Below, piece after piece: positions 54,888 to 64,000 of a stretch of DNA of 64,000 nt (position 1 is its first letter; each line of letters begins with the position of its first letter). Source of the stretch: Eledone cirrhosa (Eukaryota); contig OZ024744.1 in NCBI GenBank assembly GCA_964016885.1, positions 65,100,001 to 65,164,000 on the forward strand, read 5' to 3'. A program made the translations under genes and the position numbers. Below the pieces are notes generated by a model that saw nothing but the letters and a program-made list of their open reading frames with translations, made no database searches and was not told where the DNA came from.

Positions 54888-56588
54888 CATCATCATCATC
54901 ATCATCACCGTTTTACGCCCGTTCTTCCATGCTAACATGGGTTAGATGGGTTGTCCTGTTTTGGGTAGTAGCCGGTCGGCTAACCATGCCTTGCTCATAC
55001 TGGAACTGATTCTGGCTTGATTTCTACACCTGGATGCCCTTCCTAACACCAACCTCATTTACAGTGAGTGCTGGGTGCTTTTTTTCCATGGCGCCTACAC
55101 GTCAACTTTACAATGTGGGCTGGGTGCTTTTTTGCCGTGGCACCTCCACGAGCACTTTGCAGTGGGAGGGTGTGGGGCATATTGTCTATATGCTTCAGCT
55201 TCAGCTTGTTCCTGTGGGAAGTCGGGTCTTCTGTATTACTGCATGATGCCAGAGGTCACGGTCGTGTGTAGCTCTTGAGAGGTGCAATTGGGTAATATCG
55301 GCCTTTATCACCTCATCCCAGGTCTTCTTGGGTCTCCCTACTCCGCAGCTTCCATCGACTTCTAGTGCTCTGCACCGTTTTATGCAGCTGTCATCCTTCA
55401 TACGCATCACATGTCCATACCAATGCAACCTCCTCTCCTGCACACAGCATTTGATTCCTCTGATGCTTAGTCTCTCTCTCAATTTGTTTATACTTTGCCA
55501 TTCGCGTATATTACTCATTACACATCCGTCGGAGCATGCAGGCTTCGTTTCTCTCTAATCTGCGCAAGTCTTCTACAGACAGCGCCCAGGCCTCATTTCC
55601 ATGTAACATTGCTGTTCGGATACACGCATCATACAGTCTGCCTTTTATTTTGAGGGAAAAGCCTTTTGCAGCTAGCAGTAGCAGTAGCTCCCTGAACTTC
55701 TTCCATCCCGTTCTTACCCTAGTTATTGTACTTTCTGAACACCCACCTCCGCTGCTAATTCGGTCACCTAGGTAGCAGAAGCTGTCTACTGTTTCTACAG
55801 AGCCCTCCCAGAGTTTGGTGGTACTTGTTTCCTGTGGCTGTTTGCTGCTTGCTGTCCCAGCACAGCTGCTACATGTGAAGCCTACATTCTTAGTTAAGCT
55901 TCCTGAGATCCCACTACATCTCTTGTACCCATTGTTTGCATTTGGGGCAGAGGATGGAGTTCCTACCTACACCCTTCCTACATACTGAGCAAGGCCATTT
56001 TCCTGAGGGGATCTGGGTTCTGTTTTATCATCTACTTACAAGGACCTTAGTCTTTGTCAGGTTGACTTTGAGACCCTTTCTTTCTAGTCCCTGCTTCCAA
56101 GTTTGGAATTTCTTCTCTAGTTCTACCATAGATTCAGCTATAAGTGCGAGGTCATCTGTATACAGGAGTTCCTATGGGCATCCGGTCTTAAACTCCTCTG
56201 TTATTGTCTGCAAAACTATGATGAACAGGAGAGGGCTAAAAACAGAGCCCTGGTGGACACCGACCTGCATGCTAAATTCCTCGCTATACTCATTGCTAAT
56301 CCTAACTTTGCTGACTGCTCCCCTATACATGGCTTGTACAGCTTTCACAAGCCATTCATCTACTCCTAGTTTTCTAAGAGTCCACCATCATAGCATGGGG
56401 AACTCTGTCAAAGGCTTTCTCAAGATCGATGAATGCCAGGTAGAGCTGCTTACTTTCAGCTAGGTACTTTTCCTGTAACTGCCTCACAAGGCATCTCATC
56501 TATTTTCACCCGGTCCCTAATCAACTGTGCTATAACTCTTTCTGTTACTTTCATGACCTGGTCCATCAGCTTTATACCTCTATAGTAT
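54888..56588 (-). mobile_element. 5'-truncated RTE-clade LINE, inactivated (RT with PHD finger, 3' UTR, (GAT)n tail)
   Basis: Minus strand: RGIKLMDQ, FIDLEKAFDRV, GVHQGSVFSPLLF, LYTDDL, GKWPCSVCRKGVGRNSILCPKC, SFCYLG, RRLHWYGHVMR, GRPKKTW. Confidence 0.95.
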
Positions 56589-56629
56589 TCCATTATTTCT
56601 ACTAAACAAGTATCTTTGTAATATATTGA

Positions 56630-56772
56630 TTTCTAACAGAGGCAAAAGGTTACATATTTTGGTATGCATGCAGTGTAAATAATTGTATAAACCCTAGTAG
56701 TTGATTGGTACTTATTTTATTGATCTTGGGGAAAGATAAGAGCAAAGTTGACCTTAGTGGGATTTGAACATG
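56630..56772 (-). mobile_element. Diverged SINE family A copy
   Basis: GGTACTTATTTTATTGATC..GCAAAGTTGACCTTAGTGGGATTTGAAC. Confidence 0.6.
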
Positions 56773-56926
56773 GTGTTTGTGTGGAAACATAAACAAGAGC
56801 TGGAGCCCCAATTTGAGCACTTTATTGTGTGTGGAGATGCATAACTCCATATCATCTGAGAGGTCAATGGCTCTGCTCAAGTAAAGTATAAGTCTGTGAT
56901 GACCCATCCAACCCTTGCTAGCAGGA

Positions 56927-56976
56927 AATGATGATGATGATAATGATGGTCGTGGTGATGATGTTGATGATGGTGG

Positions 56977-57010
<34 letters not shown>

Positions 57011-57220
57011 CATGATGATGATGATCATGATGATGATGGTCGTGGTGGTGGTGGTGGTGGTGGTGGTGGTGATGATGATGATGATGTTGATGATGATGAT
57101 GATGATGGTTGTGGTGGTGGTGGTGGTGATGATGATGATGTTGTCGGGGATGAAGACAATGACGATGATGTTGATGATGATGATGGCAATGGTAATGATG
57201 ATGGCGATGATGATGATTAC

Positions 57221-57257
<37 letters not shown>

Positions 57258-57376
57258 GTTGTGGTGGTGGTGGTGATGATGATGTTGTCGAGGATGAAGA
57301 CAATGACGATGATGTTGATGATGATGATGGTAATGGTAATGATGATGGCGATGATGATCATTACGATGATGATTAC

Positions 57377-57418
<42 letters not shown>

Positions 57419-57420
57419 AG
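56927..57420. repeat. (GAT/GGT)n microsatellite with an internal duplication of about 145 bp; probably an expanded RTE tail
   Basis: GTTGTCG.GGATGAAGACAATGACGAT occurs twice; preceded by GACCCATCCAACCCTTGCTAGCAGGAAA, which resembles the RTE 3' end at 43153-43185. Confidence 0.9.
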
Positions 57421-58135
57421 TGAACCTAAAGAACTGTAACTCAAAACAAAATACTCCTCCTGCTGTATAGGTCTATTTCTAGAGGGAAACAAGTAATGTA
57501 AGTAAATTAAAAGAACACAGTGATTGTAATAAGATTTGAACCTATGACTAATAAATCAGTAGTCTGACACTTTAAACCTTTCAGCTGTTGTGCATCTCTC
57601 CTGTTGCTAATCTATAAGTTTGGCTAATCCAATACCATGGTTCTTATGTATCATATCATTTCTTTTGGGTGCTCTAAAAGACTTTGATAGTATTATTTTC
57701 ACTTCATGCTCACTATCTCTAATTCTAAACAGACATTATGGTAAACTAACTACAAGAGTTCAAACTTCAACAATTAAACTAGGTTTCCATGTCATACAAA
57801 GAAATTAGCAGAATCAAGTATATAAATATATATATATATGTATATATATATATGTATATATATATGTGTATATATGTATGTATATATATATATATATATA
57901 TAGTAATAATAATAAATTTGAAGACTAAAATTCAAAGGGGGCTCGATAAGGATAAATATATATCAGATATATAAGAACCGTAGAGCAAATATATATATAT
58001 ATATCATGATGATTTCCTTCGAATGAAACAGATCTAGTCCTGTAGAAGCCATTTCTATAACAAATTTGATTGCATATACTCTACTAATATATTGAGTACC
58101 TTACTTACTGTGGTTACCCCTGATTGAACCTGGGA

Positions 58136-58230
<95 letters not shown>
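58136..58230. repeat. Compound (TC)(AC)(AT) microsatellite
   Basis: Directly visible. Confidence 0.95.
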
Positions 58231-58233
<3 letters not shown>

Positions 58234-58544
58234 TAATTAATTAATTTATTAATTTATTTCTGTATTTATTCATTTATTTATTGTTGGATAGACATTTTAT
58301 TCCCAGACTTAACAACACCAGATTAGCTTTCAGATTCAATTCAGATTTTGACAAATCTAACAGGGTGGGTGTGACTGGTTAGGGTGAAAACAGGGTGTTA
58401 CTTTTGGAAAATTCTCAAAGAGGAAATCTGGTTTTTATCAATATCTCATGCCAATTTTAAACACCTGTGGGAAGGTAATATTTCTGTTGATTAAGTTTAG
58501 AATTTCTGTAGAAATATTGTTGAATACATTTTTCAGTAAGAGAA

Positions 58545-58978
58545 ATAATAATAATAATAATGATTTCTACTTTAGGCACAAGGCCAGCAATTTGAAGGGG
58601 AAGGGAAAGTCTATTAAATTGACATCAGTACATTACTGGTACTTTATTTTATCGACCCCATAAGGATGAAAAGCAAAGCTAACCTCGGTGAGATTTGAAC
58701 TCAGAACTTAAAGGGGTTTAACTCTATGCCACAAAGAATAGTGTCCGATGCTCTACTGAGACTGCCAATCTACTGCCCTAATAATAATTGTTTCTACTTT
58801 TAGCATAAGGCCAGCAATTACCCCAGTGCATTGCTGGTACTTTATTTCATTGATCCCGTAAGGATGAAAGGCAAAGTTAATCTCAGTGGGATTGAACTCA
58901 GAACGCAAAGGGGCATAACTCTATGCCACAAAGCATGGTGTCCAATGCTCCGCCAATACGCTAATCCGCTGCCCTAAT
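58545..58978 (-). mobile_element. Two head-to-tail SINE family A copies within (TAA)n
   Basis: Two complete tail-domain-B box-head units joined near 58780 through TAATAATAA. Confidence 0.88.
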
Positions 58979-58999
58979 AATAATAATAATAATAATAAT

Positions 59000-59590
59000 A
59001 ATGGTTTCTTTATTGGCCACAAGGGCTAACATGAAGAAAAACATTACAGACGGCACAGGACGGTACTAAGTGGGTTTTGGCCGTGTAAAAAGGTTATAAA
59101 AGACAGAAACGTGATTTTCCTCTTCAAGTGAAACTTGAAAAAGTTAATCAGGGATTAGCCGGAGAGGAAAGTGTCTGTCTTTAACCCTTTCAACCTTGTC
59201 CACCACACAATCTCTTTCATCATGGCCACCAAGCAGATGAAGACTGCTTGTCCTTCCTCCTCTTTAAAGATGGATGGTGGGGCTATCTGCACAATGGACT
59301 CAGTTTCTTTATTAACCACAAGGGTTTACATAAAAGAAAACATTAAGTATGATACAGGACGGTACCAATATGGGTTTCTGCATGTATAAAAAGAAACACA
59401 ATAACAATAACAAAAGGTGTGACAAAAAATAGAAACAAATAAATTCCCCAATAGCGGGAGACCATAGAGGGTTACTTGTGGAGAAAGCCTTCAAAAGCCA
59501 CAGTCGTCCTGACTACTAGGGCAAGTGCCCTTTCCCAGTTGTCCTCCTTCAATACTACAGGCACATGCTCAGAGCAGGCACAAGGAGCAA
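59000..59590 (-). mobile_element. Tx1/L1-like LINE 3' fragments (two termini)
   Basis: Minus strand EEGQAVFICLVAMMKEIVWWTRLKG..LINFFKFHLKRK; 3' end CCCTTGTGG..AATAAAGAAAC seen near 59005 and 59303. Confidence 0.55.
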
Positions 59591-59768
59591 TAATCTATTT
59601 ACAGAAAAATAAAAGTGTTGATAAAATAGTTTCAGAGAATTGATGGCATGATAAAAGTTGTGCCATGTGAGCTTATAAGTAAAGTTATTGGTTCAATTTT
59701 GCTTATCAGCAATATATTACTGTTTAATCCAAGCTCAATCTTGATCCAATAGACCTATGATCAAAGGT

Positions 59769-59948
59769 CAGAGCCAGAGCCTATGAGAGAGGGGGAGGGG
59801 GGAGGTTCAGTCGGTACTTTGTTCCAGGCCCCAAGAGCTAAGAAGGCCCAACAGTTACCATGCAACATCGATTTTGAGAAAAATCTTTGCCTGCTTCAGG
59901 CCCAAAGGGTTCTTGTACCACCTAGCAAAATTTCTCTTGGTGGCCCTG
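59769..59948. mobile_element. Possible hAT-like MITE
   Basis: Ends CAGAGCC and GGCCCTG with internal GGCCC motifs; no convincing target-site duplication. Confidence 0.35.
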
Positions 59949-59974
59949 TCTTTTTAGAGAGGTACCTATATGGA

Positions 59975-60165
59975 CCTCTGTCAGTTTCAACAATGAGTAT
60001 TCCAGTTGTTTGATCAATGGAACAGCTTGTTCGTGAAGTTAATGTATCAGTGGCTGAACATTCTAGATATGTGTACCTTGTAATGCAGCTCCCAGGATTA
60101 TTCAGTGTGACACAGTGTGTGTTACAAGGCTGGTCCTTTGAATTACAGATACAGCACATCTGACA
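59975..60165 (-). mobile_element. Probable SINE body fragment (Nin/Deu-like)
   Basis: Minus strand TGTAATTCAAAGGACCAGCCTTGT..CAGCCACTGATACATTAACTTCACGAACAAGCTGTTCC resembles a cephalopod SINE body recalled from memory; not verified. Confidence 0.4.
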
Positions 60166-60399
60166 GGCTTTGAATCACTTGTCCAAGATGTCCATGCAGT
60201 GGGGTCAAACCTAGGACCTAATTATTGTGAAGGAAACTTTTTAAGCATTTTATTTCGTCCAGTATTGTTTCGTCCACAGCGGTATCTCGCTCGCTCTGAT
60301 TGATCAACAAGATCCCAAACCTCATTCGTTTGCCAAGTGGGGTGGACCTTGTCAAGGAAACTTTTGTTTCCATTGGTCTTTCCATTTTGCTGATACTAT

Positions 60400-60545
60400 C
60401 TACCAGTCACAACTCCTGGCAGAAGGAGCAACGTGAAATAAAGTGTCTTGCTCAAGGGCACAACACATCACTCGGTCCGAGAATTGAACTTGAAACCTCA
60501 CAATTGGTGAATCCAACTCTCTAACCACTAAGCCACACACCTTCA
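60400..60545 (-). mobile_element. SINE family B (CORE-like), 5' part
   Basis: Minus strand GTGTGTGGCTTAGTGGTTAGAG..AGTTCAATTC..CCTTGAGCAAGACACTTTATTTCAC. Confidence 0.8.
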
Positions 60546-60819
60546 CAGAGATATCTAGGAATCTATTATTTGGCTGAGAAATCACACGGTCTTTTATCTT
60601 TTTACAAGACATTAATTAAGGTGTGTGATATGGAGACGATTTAGCTGCTATTTCTAGCAAAGTGAGCGACGATGTCGCAGCTTTTGTGATGGCTCAATAT
60701 TTTTTTTAATGAGCCAAACTACACTTCCTTAGTTGACACTGTTATCGTTGCTGCTGCTGCCGCTGCTGTTGTTTTTGGTGTAGGCTTTTGTTATGCTCTT
60801 GACTTAATGAACTGAAACA

Positions 60820-62821
60820 CAAACTTCAAGAAACCTGCCAGTCACCTGATTACCTATCAATCTGGGGAAAGGGGGGGGGAATAGATTTCATCCTTACCAG
60901 GAAATGAGACTGGCAAAACCTTTCTTGGGGAGGAATGTACCTCCCACCATGGATTAGTTGTCAGCGACCTTAAAATAAGGGCTAAATGGACCAAGAGACA
61001 AAAGTCAGTCAGGAGAAGGTAGACATGGACGCTAAGAGAATCTGTTTCAGGTAACAAGTTCAGAGAAATTGTACTTGACACCTTTAAACAGTAAGGAAGT
61101 GGAGATGGAGCCATATAACATAGAGAAAAGCTGGGGTTTCCTATATGACAACCTGCTGGAAGTCACAAACCAGGCCTGTGGCTGGAGCAAGGTCCCAGCA
61201 AGATGGAGGGAGAGGTAGATTGAACCATACAAATAAACAGACAAACCCAGAAAAGTTGGCAGAAAGGGAGAGACAAGGAGCAATAGAAGAGAGGTCAGGT
61301 ACCAGGTGTACCTAGCAGGTGTACCTGGCAGGTGTACCTAGCAGGTGTACCTGGCAGGTGTACCTAGCAGGTGTACCTAACAGGTGTAACTAGTAGGTGT
61401 ACCTAGTAGGTGTACCTAGCAGGTGTACCTAGTAGGTGTACCTAGTAGGTGTACCTGGCAGGTGTCCCTGGCAGGTGTAGCTAGCAGGTGTAGCTAGCAG
61501 GTGTACCTAACAAGTGTACCTAGCAGGTGTACTAGTAGGTGTACCTAACAGGTGTACCTAGTAGGTGTACCTAGCAGGTGTAGCTAGCAGGTGTAGCTAG
61601 CAGGTGTAGCTAGCAGGTGTACCTAACAAGTGTACCTAGCAGGTGTACCTAGTAGGTGTACCTAACAGGTGTACCTAGTAGGTGTACCTAGCAGGTGTAC
61701 CTAGCAGGTGTACCTAGGAGGTGTACCTAGCAGGTGTACCTGGCAGGTGTACCTAGCAGGTGTACCTAGTAGGTGTACCTAGTAGGTGTACCTAGCAGGT
61801 GTACCTAGTAGGTGTACCTAGTAGGTGTACCTGGCAGGTGTCTCTGGCAGGTGTACCTAGCAGGTGTACTTAGCAGGTGTACCTAGTAGGTGTACCTAGT
61901 AGGTGTACCTAGCAGGTGAACCTAGCAGGTATACCTAGCAGGTGTACCTGGCAGGTGTACCTAGTAGGTGTACCTAGCAGGTATACCTAGTAGGTGTACC
62001 TGGCAGGTGTACCTAGCAGGTGTACCTAGCAGGTATACCTAGTAGGTTACCTAGTAGGTGTACTTAGTAGGTGTACCTAGCAGGTATACCTAGTAGGTTA
62101 CCTAGTAGGTGTACTTAGTAGGTGTACCTAGTAGGTGTACCTAGTAGGTGTACCTAGTAGGTGTACCTAGTAGGTGTACCTAGCAGGTGTACCTAGTAGG
62201 TGTACCTAGCAGGTGTACCTAGCAGGTATACCTAGCAGGTGTACCTGGCAGGTGTACCTAGCAGGTGTACCTAGTCGGTGTACCTAGTAGGTGTACTTAG
62301 TAGGTGTACCTAGCAGGTGTACCTGGCAGGTGTACCTAGTAGGTGTACCTAATAGGTGTACCTAGCGGGTGTACCTAGTAGGTGTACCTAGTAGGTGTAC
62401 CTGGCAGGTGTACCTAACAGGTGTACCTAACAGGTGTACCTAGCAGGTGTACCTAGTAGGTGTACCTAGCAGTTGTACCTAGTATGTGTACCTGGCAGGT
62501 GTACCTGGCAGGTGTACCTAGCAGGTGTACCTAGCAGGTGTACCTAGCAGGTGTACCGAACAGGGGTACCTAGCAGGTGTACCTAGTAGGTGTACCTGGC
62601 AGGTGTACCTAGTAGGTATACCTAGCAGGTGTACCTGCCAGGTGTACCTAGCAAGACAAGTAGAAAAAAATTTTGTACATGTGCTGCATCATGAGTACTA
62701 GAGAAGATCAAGATGTGGTTAGGGAAAAGTGTGTCCAAAATGATAGTGAATAACTTTCCCTCACTGATACTGAAAAGAAAGAAGCATAGGATGAAAGTCT
62801 TACTATGAGAGGCTGCTGAAT
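60820..62821 (+). mobile_element. Decayed RTE LINE fragment (end of endonuclease to pre-RT linker) split by a minisatellite
   Basis: 60820-61315 aligns with 46440-46985 and 62655-62821 aligns with 46990-47195 (EKCV.ND..L.LTD..KK..YERLLN). Confidence 0.85.
61303..62653. repeat. 13-bp palindromic minisatellite (AGGTGTACCTAG[C/T])n, about 100 units
   Basis: Directly visible. Confidence 0.97.
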
Positions 62822-63372
62822 CATCATTATCATCATCACCGTTTTACGTCCGTTCTTCCACGCTAGCATGGGTTAGACGGGTTGTCCTGTTGTGGGCAGT
62901 GTCCGGTCGGCTGACCTTCTCTTGCTCATACAGGAACTGATTATGGCTTGATTTCTACAGCTAGATGCCCTTCCTAACATCAACCTCATTTACAGTGAGT
63001 GCTGGGTGCTTTTTTCCGTGGCGCCTACACGTTCACTTTACAGAGAGTGCTGGGTGCTTTTTTCCGTGGCACCTACACGACCACTTTGTAGTGGGAGGGT
63101 GTGGGGCATATTGTCTATATGCTTCAGCTTCGGCTTGTACCCATGGGGGGATTAGATGTTCTGTATTACTGCATGACGCCAGAGGTCACGGTCGTATTTC
63201 ATCACCTTTGAGAGATGTAACGTCGGCTTTTATCACCTCATCCCAGGTCTTCTTGAGTCGCCCCACTCCATGCTTCCATCGACTTCTAGTGCTCTGCACC
63301 TTTTTATGCAGCTGTCATCCTTCATACGCATCACATGTCCATACCAACATAACTGCCTCTCCTGCACACAAT
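62821..63372 (-). mobile_element. RTE LINE 3' fragment, same subfamily as 54888-56588
   Basis: Collinear and highly similar to 54888-55445, with a (CAT)n tail at the left. Confidence 0.92.
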
Positions 63373-63469
63373 GCAGAAACAAATGGGACAGTGAGGTCCT
63401 ACCCTATGTAGACCCAACTGTGGGACTAGTTTTAAAAACAACTATAGTTTATGAGATGCATCTAGGATT

Positions 63470-63940
63470 ATAGCATAACTAATTTGAGATGGAATCAAGT
63501 TAGATGAGATGCAGTTTGGATTTAAGTGGAGATGGAGATATATAACATAGAGAAAAACTGGGGTTTCCTATATGACAACCTGCTGGAAGCCACAAACCAG
63601 GCCTGTGGCTGGAGCAAGGTCCCAGCAAGATGGAGGGAGAGGTTGTGGTGGAATTATAGGTAGATTGAACCATACAAATAAACAGACAAACCCAAAAAAG
63701 TTGGCAGAAAGGGAGAGACAAGGAGCAATAGAAGAGAGGTCAGGTGCCAGGTGTACTTGGTAGGTGTACCTAGCAGGTGTACCTAGCAGGTGTACCTAGT
63801 AGGTGTACCTAGTAGGTGTACCTAGTAGGTGTCCCTGGCAGGTGTACCTAGCAGGTGTACCTAGCAGGTGTACCTAGCAGGTGTACCTAGTAGGTGTACC
63901 TAGCAGGTGTACCTAGCAGGTGTACCTAGTAGGTGTACCC
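63470..63940 (+). mobile_element. Rearranged RTE pieces plus a second, shorter copy of the LINE/minisatellite junction
   Basis: 63470-63523 encodes KLDEMQFGF; 63524-63760 repeats 61097-61315; the 13-bp array resumes at 63749-63940. Confidence 0.85.
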
Positions 63941-64000
63941 TATGTAGACCCAACTGTGGGACTAGTTATAAAAACAACTGTAGTTTCTGAGATGCTAAAA

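Noticed and set aside
56915-57470. Acidic poly-Asp protein ORF
   Set aside because: (GAT)n expansion following an RTE-like 3' end, open in several frames.
57600-57740. Short open frame on the minus strand (RDSEHEVKIILSKSFRAPKRND..)
   Set aside because: No recognisable motif, weak acceptor and no partner exons.
60250-60300. GGACGAAAC on the minus strand, resembling a hammerhead 3' half
   Set aside because: No CUGANGA core upstream at a suitable distance.

Overview
Repeat-saturated eukaryotic DNA with no intact protein-coding gene that I can support. The SINE and LINE inventory suggests a coleoid cephalopod such as Octopus (inference). Positions 1-36.2 kb are mostly C/A-rich tandem arrays: a 36/33-bp satellite with kb-scale internal duplications, then a 13-bp array, then, after a 4-kb island of transposon debris, a 5-bp array grading into (CAC)n. 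The long ORFs over these arrays are artefacts. Positions 36.2-64 kb are a mosaic of decayed non-LTR retrotransposons, tRNA-derived SINEs, piggyBac-like and hAT-like MITEs and microsatellites. The retrotransposons are three large RTE-clade copies plus RTE, CR1-like, Tx1-like, Vingi-like and CRE-like scraps. The most interesting signals are: (i) a C4HC3 PHD finger embedded inside the RT domain of all three large RTE copies; (ii) three head-to-tail short RTE-derived elements sitting in (TATG)n, two carrying C2H2 zinc fingers and one with an HDV-like ribozyme candidate at its 5' end; (iii) a type I hammerhead ribozyme fold at 40.85 kb plus two decayed ones; (iv) a palindromic 13-bp minisatellite apparently born from a LINE coding sequence; (v) an inverted CA/GT duplication and a near-perfect 79-bp hairpin; (vi) ankyrin-like pseudo-exon remnants and a promoter-like CpG patch. 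Most boundaries were read by eye and are approximate.
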